Below are positions 1-8,825 of a stretch of DNA of 64,000 nt, piece by piece. The stretch spans positions 43,520-107,519 of the forward strand of contig CALXXY010000003.1 of NCBI GenBank assembly GCA_944392815.1, written 5' to 3'. Within the stretch, counting starts at the first letter, position 1; each line of letters begins with the position of its first letter. This DNA comes from an uncultured Alphaproteobacteria bacterium. GTDB taxonomy: Bacteria; Pseudomonadota; Alphaproteobacteria; Rs-D84. The notes beneath the pieces are model-generated. The model ran no database searches. It was not told where the DNA came from and saw nothing but the letters and a program-made list of their open reading frames with translations. The position numbers were made by a program, and so were the translations under genes.

Positions 1-774
1 GTTTATCCCCAGAATCACACCAAACAACGCCACCGGCACCAACGCCGCAACCATAACGGGCTGCATCAACCACAGCACAATTGTAGCAAATGTCCCATAC
101 AATGCCGAATACAGCATCAGTTTTGGCAACTCTGGGTGCCGGGCCGTCATACTAACAATTTTCAAACAATCCCGCAGCGGGCTGGATTCTGGGGCAACCT
201 TGCGTTTTACTTCTGTTATTTCTGGGATAAAGAACAGTATTAAAAACATAATCAATGCCGCCATAGCATTTACCGCCAAAACTAAATTTTGACTGATTGC
301 GAATAACGCGCCACCAATCAAAGTTCCAACCATTGTCCCAGCTGTGCCAATCGTATTAACTGAACCATTTTCGCGCAAATACGTCTTTTCTGCACCATCG
401 CGTTTCAGCAAATCATATATGTATGCTTCTTTGGTTCCGCTGAACAGCGCAGTTGCCACCCCCAATCCGGACTCGCACAACAGCACCGCCCAAAAACCAG
501 TTCCAAACAATAATATTGAAAAAGACAAAAACGTCGCAAGCGCGCCCAAAATCAATATTTTCCGCCGCGAAAAAACATCTGCCAAATACCCACTGGGGAT
601 TTCAAACAAAAACGCGACAATGCGAAATATTCCCTGAATCATAAAAAAATCGCCCAATCCGACCCCTTTGTTTTGATAAATCAAAACGATAACAGGCAAT
701 ATTGGAACAAACAGATGGAAAAATTCGGCAACCTTCAAAATCCATAACGCGGTTTTCGTTTCCCGCGACAACAT
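1..774 (-). CDS. MFS transporter (N-terminal part; runs off the window edge)
   Basis: Manual translation from ATG at 774 gives MLSRETKTALWILKVAEFFHLFVPILPVIVLIYQNKGVGLGDFFMIQGIFRIVAFLFEIPSGYLADVFSRRKILILGAL. It contains the MFS motif A-like segment GYLADVFSRR and hydrophobic helices. Confidence 0.85.
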   Translation of the reverse strand, partial: MLSRETKTALWILKVAEFFHLFVPILPVIVLIYQNKGVGLGDFFMIQGIFRIVAFLFEIPSGYLADVFSRRKILILGALATFLSFSILLFGTGFWAVLLCESGLGVATALFSGTKEAYIYDLLKRDGAEKTYLRENGSVNTIGTAGTMVGTLIGGALFAISQNLVLAVNAMAALIMFLILFFIPEITEVKRKVAPESSPLRDCLKIVSMTARHPELPKLMLYSALYGTFATIVLWLMQPVMVAALVPVALFGVILGIN

Positions 775-801
775 AGACATTTTGTGGTCTTTTTATTTTT
801 A

Positions 802-986
802 TTGGTGCGCGACGCGAGGATACCCGACTCACACCAACCCAAACGTATTTCTGGTGCGGGCGAAGGGAATCCGAACGATTAAGCACCCGACGCGCGCCGT
901 TATTAGGCGCAAGTCGTTGGTGCGCGACGCGAGGATACCCGACTCACATCAGCCCAAATAAATCTCTGGTGCGGGCGAAGGGAATC
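802..986. repeat. 115-bp-period direct repeat carrying the 3' end of tRNA-Gly
   Basis: TTGGTGCGCGACGCGAGGATACCCGACTCACA occurs at 802 and 917. TGGTGCGGGCGAAGGGAATC occurs at 852 and 967. Confidence 0.9.
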
Positions 987-1040
987 GAACCCTCGTCTTC
1001 AGCTTGGGAAGCTGACGTGCTACCATTATACCACGCCCGC
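967..1040 (-). tRNA. tRNA-Gly(CCC)
   Basis: Cloverleaf on the minus strand with anticodon loop TTCCCAA, T-loop GGTTCGATTCC and an encoded CCA end. Confidence 0.97.
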
Positions 1041-1090
1041 GCACTGCGTGATTCTATACCACGCACAAAAAAATGTCCAGTTTTTATTTT

Positions 1091-1729
1091 TTATCTGCTT
1101 TGCGAATATACATTTATTGGACGCCTGTCCCAACTCGCATTTTCTTTGACAACACGTGCAGGGTTCCCAGCAATAACACAATTTGGTTTGTCAAATGTTC
1201 CGCTTACCACCGCACCAGTGCCAATAATGCACCCATCTGCAATTTTTGTATTTTTGCATATTGTGGCACCATAACCAACCCAGACATGATTTCCAATTGT
1301 CACATATTTGCCAAAATTTGTCACATTACCCTGCATATCTGTAATCGTATGCGTATCACTGGCCCAAATAATAATTTTTTCTGAAAACTGACAATCTTCG
1401 CCTATGGATATATTGACATTATCTTCGCGCACACGAATATCAGCAGAAACAAACGTAGTTCCAGCCCCAACAGATAAAGAACAATTATTGCAATCGCCAG
1501 CCCCAAACCCCAGGTGTACCGCCAATCCCCCACCCACAGAATCGATACGTACACGGTTATTATCACCATAAATGCTCAATTTTGGTACAGAATGTTTCCC
1601 AACCACAACATCGTTGCCAACACCATGAATTCCGCGATAATTTTTAATACTATAACTGATAATCTTTATGCCGAACACATATATATGAACACGTCCAGAA
1701 TCACTAATCGTCTTTTTTATAATGCGCAT
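1091..1729 (-). CDS. Hexapeptide-repeat acyltransferase (LbH, sugar O-acetyltransferase-like)
   Basis: Segments IWASDTH, IGNHVWVG and VIAGNPARVVK, with left-handed beta-helix hexapeptide repeats. Confidence 0.85.
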   Translation of the reverse strand: MRIIKKTISDSGRVHIYVFGIKIISYSIKNYRGIHGVGNDVVVGKHSVPKLSIYGDNNRVRIDSVGGGLAVHLGFGAGDCNNCSLSVGAGTTFVSADIRVREDNVNISIGEDCQFSEKIIIWASDTHTITDMQGNVTNFGKYVTIGNHVWVGYGATICKNTKIADGCIIGTGAVVSGTFDKPNCVIAGNPARVVKENASWDRRPINVYSQSR

Positions 1730-1741
1730 ATCCCCCCCCCA

Positions 1742-1957
1742 TTATCGTTGCTTTGCATTTAATTCGCGCTGTAATTTTTCAAATTGTGCAGGTGCGGCCC
1801 GCAACAGTTTTCTGTTTGGATTGCTGCGCGCCATAGATTTACGCAATGCCGCCAATTTTCCCAAAATCGTAAACGCCCCGCATGATTTCGCACAATTTTC
1901 CGCCGATGAAATCATCGCCAACAATTGATTCCAATCTAATTCGCGTTTTGCGTCCAT
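1742..1957 (-). CDS. Small hypothetical protein (71 aa)
   Basis: Its start overlaps the stop of the LysM gene (TAATG) and it fills the gap to the acyltransferase. Confidence 0.6.
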   Translation of the reverse strand: MDAKRELDWNQLLAMISSAENCAKSCGAFTILGKLAALRKSMARSNPNRKLLRAAPAQFEKLQRELNAKQR

Positions 1958-3111
1958 TATTTTCCTGTACCACCAGTTGGAATTTGTAAATTTTGATTTG
2001 GGAAAATCAAATTTGGATTTTCGATATTATTACGTTCGGCGATTATACTGAACAACACGCCACGACGCAGGAAATTGCGCGCAATAATCCACAAACAATC
2101 ACCACGACGCACAGTATAATACGTATCGTCATCACCGGTCATTTCCGGCATAGTAAATTTATGATTTACTTCGGCAATAGTGCGCCCATCGCCATCATGC
2201 AAACGCACAGTCAATTTATATTCCTGGCCAGATTTTAAATCGCCAACGTCCGCACCCAATCCAAAATGTTTGTAATCAGAAACGCGTGCAAACCCCAGAT
2301 ATTTATCGTCCAACGACAACGACACACGCAACCGTGGCAATGAATCACCCGTCACCACAATACGCCCAGTATCCAGATAGTCAATTTTGGACACAACCAA
2401 ATCGCCATCAACCAACATAGTTGGTGCCTGCAACAAAGTGCTGCCATCATCTGTCATCAATAACGATACAGAATTTTGATATCCACGTTCAGAAATATAC
2501 ACAAACACATTTTCATCAGATTTCACATTTCCACGAATGCCAATCAATGAAATTGTATAGTTTCCTGCCTCAAACGCACGGGCGGGCGAATACACAAACT
2601 CGCCATTTTTGTCTGTGCGTTCTGTTGCAACAATTTCGCCATTTATAACAATGGAAACACTGTCATCTGCGACCCAACGTCCCGCGACAACAACTGTACC
2701 CTGGGGTTCAATACGCACAATATCAAACGTCGGCACGCTGACCTGTTCAAACGTTTCGGCCACAATACGTGTTGTTGGTTCTGCGACCGGTGGCACAACG
2801 ACGACAGTATCACTTGGGCGATGAAAAAACGCCACCCATACCGCCACCAACACAACAAACACAGCACACAGAATAGGGAACCAATACGCAGCCACCCCAC
2901 CACGACGCGTTTCTTTTTTCTGACCCGTCGGATTTTTATCTGCATCATGTGTCGGATTTGGACGGGCAAAAATATTCAGCGTTTTCAAAAAACGCCGCGC
3001 AAAAGTACGTCTGTTTTCCATCCAATCATTTTGCTGCGCAATTGCACTGTCAATCAAATCGTCCGTTGAACGTTTTGTTTTTCCCATACTAGATTTATTG
3101 CTGGCGACCAT
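1957..3111 (-). CDS. Membrane-anchored LysM peptidoglycan-binding protein with Ig-like domains
   Basis: Single TM helix, a PTFDIVRIEPQG segment and a C-terminal LysM domain (YTVRRGDCLWIIA...NNIENPNLIFPNQNLQIP). Confidence 0.85.
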   Translation of the reverse strand: MVASNKSSMGKTKRSTDDLIDSAIAQQNDWMENRRTFARRFLKTLNIFARPNPTHDADKNPTGQKKETRRGGVAAYWFPILCAVFVVLVAVWVAFFHRPSDTVVVVPPVAEPTTRIVAETFEQVSVPTFDIVRIEPQGTVVVAGRWVADDSVSIVINGEIVATERTDKNGEFVYSPARAFEAGNYTISLIGIRGNVKSDENVFVYISERGYQNSVSLLMTDDGSTLLQAPTMLVDGDLVVSKIDYLDTGRIVVTGDSLPRLRVSLSLDDKYLGFARVSDYKHFGLGADVGDLKSGQEYKLTVRLHDGDGRTIAEVNHKFTMPEMTGDDDTYYTVRRGDCLWIIARNFLRRGVLFSIIAERNNIENPNLIFPNQNLQIPTGGTGK

Positions 3112-3225
3112 ACTGAAATCTCCTGATAAATTATTAAATTTAATCTTTGGACAAATTATTGCAAATATAATTTCTTTGTCAACTTATTTATGATATAATA
3201 GGGTGTTAATAAAACGGGGAAATTC

Positions 3226-4305
3226 ATGAAAAGAATAGGCATCATGACAACCGGCGGCGATTGTTCCGGTTTGAATACAGTAATCCAGCGTTTATACCGT
3301 GGCGCAACATTGCGTGGTTGGCGCACCATCGGAATTCTGGACGGCACAGACGGCCTGTGCACAACGCCACCAATGGTTCTGGAATTTGACAACGACACTT
3401 TACCGATTGAATCGGCACGCCTGGCGGGCAGTTTTCTGCACAACGGTCGCGCGGGCGCATTAAATTTTGAAACCGCGGCCGAAACGGGAAAATTGTCACA
3501 ATTTAATAAACAATTACGCAAATCATTAACAGATTTAAAACTGGACGCGTTAATTTTAATCGGCGGCAATGGCAGTTTATCACTCGCATGGCGCAATCGC
3601 GACATATATTCAGATCTGCAACTGATATGCATTCCAAAAACAATTGATATGGATATCCCGCTGACCGATAAAACAATCGGATTCAACACTGCGGTTCAAC
3701 AATTAACATCTTTCTGTGATCAATTAATGTTAACCGCCCGCAGTCATCACCGCTGGTTTGTGGTGCAAACAATGGGGCGCGACTGCGGCCAGTTGGCTTT
3801 AAATGCAGGCATTGCAATCGGCGCAACCGCGATATTAATTCCAGAAATAAAATTCGACGTAAATTCATTAATCGAACACATAAAAAATTTCCCACGCGAT
3901 TATGGAATAATCCTTGTATCCGAAGGCATATCCCTGCGGGGACATTCTGGCCGCCCGGCGGATATGATATCCCGCAAATTAACCGCGGCAAAAATATGCA
4001 ATCGCACCGCATACCCCGAACACACCCAGCGTGTTGGCGACACCACCGCAGCGGACAGAATCCTGGCCGCCCGCATGGCGGATTGTGCACTGCGTGCAAT
4101 TGAAAATAATGAAACATATGTAATGACGGCGATCAAGGATTGCAAATGCGAAACGGTCAGTTTGGCGGACTTTTTCGCGGCGGGCGACGTGACGGCCGAC
4201 CCCAATATTCCAGATTTACAAACGTCCGACGCATATGTATCACCGGACGACCCATTACTGGACATCGCAACCAGCATGGGCATATACCTGGGCGAAATAA
4301 AATAA
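3226..4305 (+). CDS. pfkA: 6-phosphofructokinase
   Basis: Motifs IGIMTTGGDCSGLN, IGGNGS, IPKTIDMDI, TMGR and ILIPE. Confidence 0.9.
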   Translation: MKRIGIMTTGGDCSGLNTVIQRLYRGATLRGWRTIGILDGTDGLCTTPPMVLEFDNDTLPIESARLAGSFLHNGRAGALNFETAAETGKLSQFNKQLRKSLTDLKLDALILIGGNGSLSLAWRNRDIYSDLQLICIPKTIDMDIPLTDKTIGFNTAVQQLTSFCDQLMLTARSHHRWFVVQTMGRDCGQLALNAGIAIGATAILIPEIKFDVNSLIEHIKNFPRDYGIILVSEGISLRGHSGRPADMISRKLTAAKICNRTAYPEHTQRVGDTTAADRILAARMADCALRAIENNETYVMTAIKDCKCETVSLADFFAAGDVTADPNIPDLQTSDAYVSPDDPLLDIATSMGIYLGEIK

Positions 4306-4342
4306 TCCCACACCACGTGGGATTTTTATATTTCTTGTTTTT

Positions 4343-4396
4343 ATTGAAGTCAATGGGGACATTGTTTTCGGGACCTAGAAAATCCTGTAAGTATAC
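4343..4396 (+). promoter_or_regulatory. 5' fragment of the structured leader family (homologous to the 5' end of the 55112-55334 leader)
   Basis: ATTGAAGTCAATGGGGACATTGTTTTCGGGACCTAGAAAATCCTGTAAGTATAC aligns with ATTGAATCAGTGGGGACATTGGTTCAGGGATTTAGCAATCCTGTATCCATAC on the minus strand near 55.3 kb. Confidence 0.7.
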
Positions 4397-4422
4397 ACCC
4401 TGGAAGAAAACAAACACTGCTA

Positions 4423-4608
4423 TTGTCGTATGATTATATTACTATCGCACAGGATGCCTGTTCAGATGGCTATATATCCGCCGGTACAGCCACCAGTTGC
4501 CTGGCACCCAATCCGGGCGGTTCGTGCATAATGTACGCCCCGGTGGGCGTATCGTATACAGACGCCACCGGCACATATGAATTCGAACAACCCTGCGCCA
4601 TGGAATAA
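4423..4608 (+). pseudogene. Headless C-terminal fragment of a Cys-rich secreted protein (paralog of 47183-47509)
   Basis: GYISAGTATSCLAPNPGGSCIMYAPVGVSYTDATGTYEFEQPCAME is nearly identical to the C-terminus of 47183-47509. It has no signal peptide and there is an in-frame TGA at 4345. Confidence 0.75.
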
Positions 4609-4630
4609 AATACAAACCGTCGCGTTCTAA

Positions 4631-4879
4631 AATGCCCACCGCCACCGGGTCCCGCGCAAACATAGTTTGCGTGGGTGGTTCCAGGGCGGGGGGGGGGGTG
4701 ACGGTCGTCAGACCGTCGGGGGGTGGAGCACAATGACCACCCCATCGCAGAACAAAGTTCCCCTCTACGGAGGGGTGGCACGTAGTGCCGGGGTGGTATC
4801 CCGCGCCATTGGCGCGGACAACATCTACACTCTACACTCTAAACTCTATTATTCCCGCGCCGATGGCGCGGGAATAATA
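4631..4879. repeat. Mosaic REP-like palindromic element (modules X + Y + W)
   Basis: 4631-4745 is repeated at 24904-25020. 4753-4797 is the reverse complement of 47510-47554. 4823-4879 is similar to 25164-25222. Confidence 0.85.
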
Positions 4880-5659
4880 CTACATAACCTTGCCCTGGGT
4901 GGGGTAAAACGTCAATTGGATTTTTTCCCATTTTTCAAATTCATTGGTGGGCAACATTTTAAATGGCTGACAAACATTTATCGCACTGCGAATAGTATCC
5001 AACACATACGCAAACGCAGGATCCGTTTCTGCACGCGCGGCTGATTCAAACCACACGTCACGCACGGTACCATTCCGCCGCATCGTCAAATGTGCCACTG
5101 CACGAATATCGCCAATGTCATCGCGCGTTGTGTCAATTGTCCAACACCGCGTCATCGCCACACGCAACGCGTCAACCACAGATACCGTCAATGTTCTGTC
5201 TAATGACACAACCTCGCGATTAACACGGATAACCGTTTTTTTCTTTTTCGGTTTTTCAACCGTTTCGTCGGATTTAACAGTATTCACCACGGGTTCCGGT
5301 ATTTCGGGCGCATCCGGCGCACTGTCCACCAAACTGGGCGCAACAATTGGTTCGGGCTCGCTATCTGCGGGCTGCGCCTCGGGCTCAGGCGCCTTGACCG
5401 GTGCGGGCGGGGTGGGGGTGGCGGCATCGCTGTCATCGTCCATTTCCGCATCAGCATTCACATTATGCAAAATTGTTTCATCGCCACTGACCCGCACAGA
5501 GCCCAAATCAATTTCCAAAATTTCAATCCTGTCCGGGGCAACCAATCCGGCGCGTTCAACCACCACGGCAAACGACGTCAGCATTATCGCCAACAATGCC
5601 AAATGTCCGCACACAGACATCAAAAAATTTTCCGATGAAAATCTGTCGCCAAATTTCAT
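4880..5659 (-). CDS. TolA/TonB-like energy transducer
   Basis: N-terminal TM anchor with S-x3-H (SVCGHLALL), a Pro/Glu-rich linker and a TolA-like C-domain with a Cys pair. It follows tolQ-tolR. Confidence 0.8.
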   Translation of the reverse strand: MKFGDRFSSENFLMSVCGHLALLAIMLTSFAVVVERAGLVAPDRIEILEIDLGSVRVSGDETILHNVNADAEMDDDSDAATPTPPAPVKAPEPEAQPADSEPEPIVAPSLVDSAPDAPEIPEPVVNTVKSDETVEKPKKKKTVIRVNREVVSLDRTLTVSVVDALRVAMTRCWTIDTTRDDIGDIRAVAHLTMRRNGTVRDVWFESAARAETDPAFAYVLDTIRSAINVCQPFKMLPTNEFEKWEKIQLTFYPTQGKVM

Positions 5660-5671
5660 GTTTTATATCAA

Positions 5672-6085
5672 TTATTCCGCATCTATTTCTGTGCGCAGTC
5701 CAACACGTTGAAAACCCGCATCCTTTAATTTCCCCATAACAGCCATCACCGCGCCATAATCAGCCGCCGCGTCGCCATTTATCATTATGGTCAAATCAGG
5801 ATTTTCCCCGCGCATCGCAACCACACGTTTAACAACATCGTCACGCGTCAATTCAGTCGTTCCCACATAATAACGCCCGGCCGCATCAACGCTGATTTGA
5901 ATGGCGTGATCATTACCGGTCAAAGCAGAATTTCCCGCCCGTGGCAAATTTAAATCTATCCCTGTGGTCAACATAGGTGTTGTCACCATAAACACCGCCA
6001 ACAACACCGTCATAATATCAATCATCGGCGTCAGCGAAATATTGACATCAGTATTTCTGTATCTTCTGCGTGTCATGGGGTACAC
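5672..6085 (-). CDS. tolR: TolR/ExbD family protein
   Basis: ISLTPMIDIMTVLLAVFMVTTP TM motif and GDAAADYGAVMAVMGKLKDAG. Confidence 0.88.
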   Translation of the reverse strand: MYPMTRRRYRNTDVNISLTPMIDIMTVLLAVFMVTTPMLTTGIDLNLPRAGNSALTGNDHAIQISVDAAGRYYVGTTELTRDDVVKRVVAMRGENPDLTIMINGDAAADYGAVMAVMGKLKDAGFQRVGLRTEIDAE

Positions 6086-6589
6086 CTATTTATGTTTAAA
6101 ACTTTTGGCCTTTAATTCTTTGACATGTTCGGTCAAAACATCATACAGGTCATCTGATTTTTTACTGAAATATTGATACGCAATCGCCGCAGGCACCGCC
6201 GCAATCAACCCCAACGCGGTCGTCCCCAGCGCAGTCGCCAACCCCGGTGCAATAACACCAATTGACACAGATTGATTTACACCAATCGACGCAAACGAAT
6301 CCATCACGCCCCAAATCGTACCGAACAAACCGATAAAAGGCGCGACATACGACACCATGGATAAAAACCACAAATTTTTATCAAACGGCCGAATTAATTT
6401 ATCCGCGATAATGGATAAATTATCATTGGCCCTGACCTGGACAGGGTGCTTTTTCTGTCCGTGCCACATACGAATTTTTTCAATAATCACAGCCCATGAA
6501 ATAACACTGCCCAACACCAAAACGATTGATATAAACAGCGTCATCAAATCGCCTGTAAATAACGTAGTCAAAGAAAAAGTATTCGTCAT
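6086..6589 (-). CDS. tolQ: TolQ/ExbB proton channel protein (short form)
   Basis: APFIGLFGTIWGVMDSF and IAPGLATALGTTALGLIAAVPA. It lies in the ybgC-tolQ-tolR-tolA gene order. Confidence 0.88.
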   Translation of the reverse strand: MTNTFSLTTLFTGDLMTLFISIVLVLGSVISWAVIIEKIRMWHGQKKHPVQVRANDNLSIIADKLIRPFDKNLWFLSMVSYVAPFIGLFGTIWGVMDSFASIGVNQSVSIGVIAPGLATALGTTALGLIAAVPAAIAYQYFSKKSDDLYDVLTEHVKELKAKSFKHK

Positions 6590-6611
6590 TATTTATTCCC
6601 CCATATTAAAA

Positions 6612-6989
6612 TTATTCCCGAAACGGCGCGGCCACACTTTCTGGAATCCGCTTTGGTTGCATATCGGCCCCTATATACGCCGCTGTCCCAGACAGTATAG
6701 CACAAATTTCACCATCTTTCACGAATTTTTGTTCAACCGACATAGACGCCGCGCCAAATTTAGTCACAGTTGTTTCAACAACAAACTCGTCGCCCAAAAA
6801 CAACGGCCGCACATAACGAATGCTTAAATCGCGGATAACAAACCCCACATCGCCATCTGGGAATTTTATACCACGTAAAATATTCATACGTGCGCGTTCT
6901 GCGATTTCGATATATCGTCCATGATACGCGATACCACCCGCATCAGTATCTGCATACGCAATCGCAAAAGGAAAAGTATACGTTTTCAT
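6612..6989 (-). CDS. ybgC: YbgC-family acyl-CoA thioesterase
   Basis: DTDAGGIAYHGRY...ERAR motif, at its conserved position between ruvB and tolQ. Confidence 0.88.
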   Translation of the reverse strand: MKTYTFPFAIAYADTDAGGIAYHGRYIEIAERARMNILRGIKFPDGDVGFVIRDLSIRYVRPLFLGDEFVVETTVTKFGAASMSVEQKFVKDGEICAILSGTAAYIGADMQPKRIPESVAAPFRE

Positions 6990-7022
6990 TTTTTATTTCC
7001 CCACAATTAAAAAAACATGAAA

Positions 7023-8021
7023 TTATTTGACCAAACCCAAATGTGCATAGCCCGCATCAGTCACTACGCGTCCACGCGGTGTACGCTGGATAAATCCCAA
7101 TTGCATTAAATATGGTTCGATAACGTCCTCGATAGTATCGGCGGGCTCGGACAATGCCGCCGCCAGATTTTCAATCCCAACCGGTCCACCGGCATAGTGC
7201 CGCACAATCGCATTCATGTATTCACGGTCCATTTCGTCCAAACCACTGGCGTCAATATGCAATTGCACCAACGTTGTATTAATCGTATCGGCGGAAATCA
7301 CATCACGCCCCAGGGCGGTGGCGAAATCACGTGCACGCTTTAATAATCTATTGGCAATACGTGGCGTGCCACGCGCACTGCGTGCCAGCATATTGGCGCC
7401 ATCTGCATCAATTGGCGTTCCCAAAATATTCGCACTGCGCATGATAATTTTTGCCAAATCATCGGGCGAATAAAACGACAAACGTAAATCTATGCCAAAT
7501 CGGTCGCGCAACGGATTAGATAATAACCCAGTCCGCGTGGTTGCCCCCACCAACGTAAACGGGGGCAGGTCAATCCGCACACTTTTGGCAGACGGCCCTT
7601 CGCCCAGCATGATATCCAGTTTAAAATCTTCCATCGCGGAATACAAAACTTCTTCGATTGCAGTTGGCAAACGGTGAATTTCATCGATAAACAACACGTC
7701 CATCGGTTCCAGCGACGTCAGTATCGCCGCCAAATCACCCTGTTTGGTTAACATAGGCGCGGCAGTCGCCCTGAAATTGGTTCCCAATTCATTCGCGACA
7801 ATATGCGCCAACGTTGTTTTTCCCAACCCCGGCGGCCCATACAGCAAAACATGATCCATGGCCTCGCCCCGGGATTTCGCGCCCGAAATGAACACAGACA
7901 AATTCTGTTTCAACGCATCATGCCCGATAAAATCAGACAACGTACGTGGCCGAATTGTTGCAGCCATATCGTCCGGGATATTTGGATCCAAAAAACGTTC
8001 AGTATTATTTTGCATATCCAT
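7023..8021 (-). CDS. ruvB: Holliday junction branch migration helicase RuvB
   Basis: [37 protein letters not shown] and RTPRGR. Confidence 0.98.
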   Translation of the reverse strand: MDMQNNTERFLDPNIPDDMAATIRPRTLSDFIGHDALKQNLSVFISGAKSRGEAMDHVLLYGPPGLGKTTLAHIVANELGTNFRATAAPMLTKQGDLAAILTSLEPMDVLFIDEIHRLPTAIEEVLYSAMEDFKLDIMLGEGPSAKSVRIDLPPFTLVGATTRTGLLSNPLRDRFGIDLRLSFYSPDDLAKIIMRSANILGTPIDADGANMLARSARGTPRIANRLLKRARDFATALGRDVISADTINTTLVQLHIDASGLDEMDREYMNAIVRHYAGGPVGIENLAAALSEPADTIEDVIEPYLMQLGFIQRTPRGRVVTDAGYAHLGLVK

Positions 8022-8028
8022 TTATTAA

Positions 8029-8688
8029 TTATAACAATTTGTCATCTGCATTTTCACGCCCGACATACGCCTTTAAATCATTATACATCTGGCGCAGGTC
8101 AGCAGGTTGCGCATAATGTTCATCTGCATTTTTAACCCGAATAGTTTCCAAATCAATTTGCGCCTGTTTTTTCAAAACCTGGGTCAGATGCGTTGCAAAC
8201 GCTTTTGCTTCATCAGATTCATTTGCGCCCTGCAACAACAACCCACGATTTGGACGTGGCGATAAAAATGCAAAATCGGCAATCGTCGGATCAGGCGACA
8301 CCAACGCAAACCCAGAAACCTCGGGCCGGCGCATCATCGCCTGCAACACGTACCACGCCCCCAATTGATTCCCAGCCAACCATATACGATCGCTGTCTTC
8401 ATTTTTATTTTGAATCCAATCAATTACCGTCGCGATATCCAGCATATTTTCAGCCGTGGTTCCGATTGCGCCCTCGGAATTATTCACACCCCGATAATTA
8501 AAACGAACAACAGAAAACCCGATGTCCATAAACGCACGAAACATCGCATACGACACGCGGTCATTCATATGACACTTTTGCCGCGGATTCCCAGCCAGCA
8601 CCACCGCCAACGGGGCGGCCGGCGTATCAGATTTATGATACACCGCGTGTAATTTGCCGGCTTCGCCTGAAATCATTAAATCAACCAT
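8029..8688 (-). CDS. Alpha/beta hydrolase-fold protein, probably catalytically inactive
   Basis: RFNYRGV and MMRRPEV segments match the alphaproteobacterial a/b hydrolase family. The nucleophile elbow reads GNQLG. Start set at ATG 8688. Confidence 0.8.
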   Translation of the reverse strand: MVDLMISGEAGKLHAVYHKSDTPAAPLAVVLAGNPRQKCHMNDRVSYAMFRAFMDIGFSVVRFNYRGVNNSEGAIGTTAENMLDIATVIDWIQNKNEDSDRIWLAGNQLGAWYVLQAMMRRPEVSGFALVSPDPTIADFAFLSPRPNRGLLLQGANESDEAKAFATHLTQVLKKQAQIDLETIRVKNADEHYAQPADLRQMYNDLKAYVGRENADDKLL

Positions 8689-8825
8689 AATTACGCCTTT
8701 CTTGGAATTTATATTCTGATAATACTTATAGAACAATCCAAACACAATTTTCAACAGAAATTTTTGCTTTGACACAATGCCTGCGAATGTTTTAAGATTT
8801 ATCAGAGAGAAAAAAGGCGTTGACT

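Noticed and set aside
852-986. Intact prophage or genomic island at tRNA-Gly (and likewise at tRNA-Pro)
   Set aside because: The duplicated 3' ends are only about 115 and 197 bp apart, with no integrase or cargo between them.
4423-4608. Diversity-generating retroelement template/variable repeat pair with 47183-47509
   Set aside because: The differences are not confined to adenines, many are synonymous, and no reverse transcriptase is present in the window.
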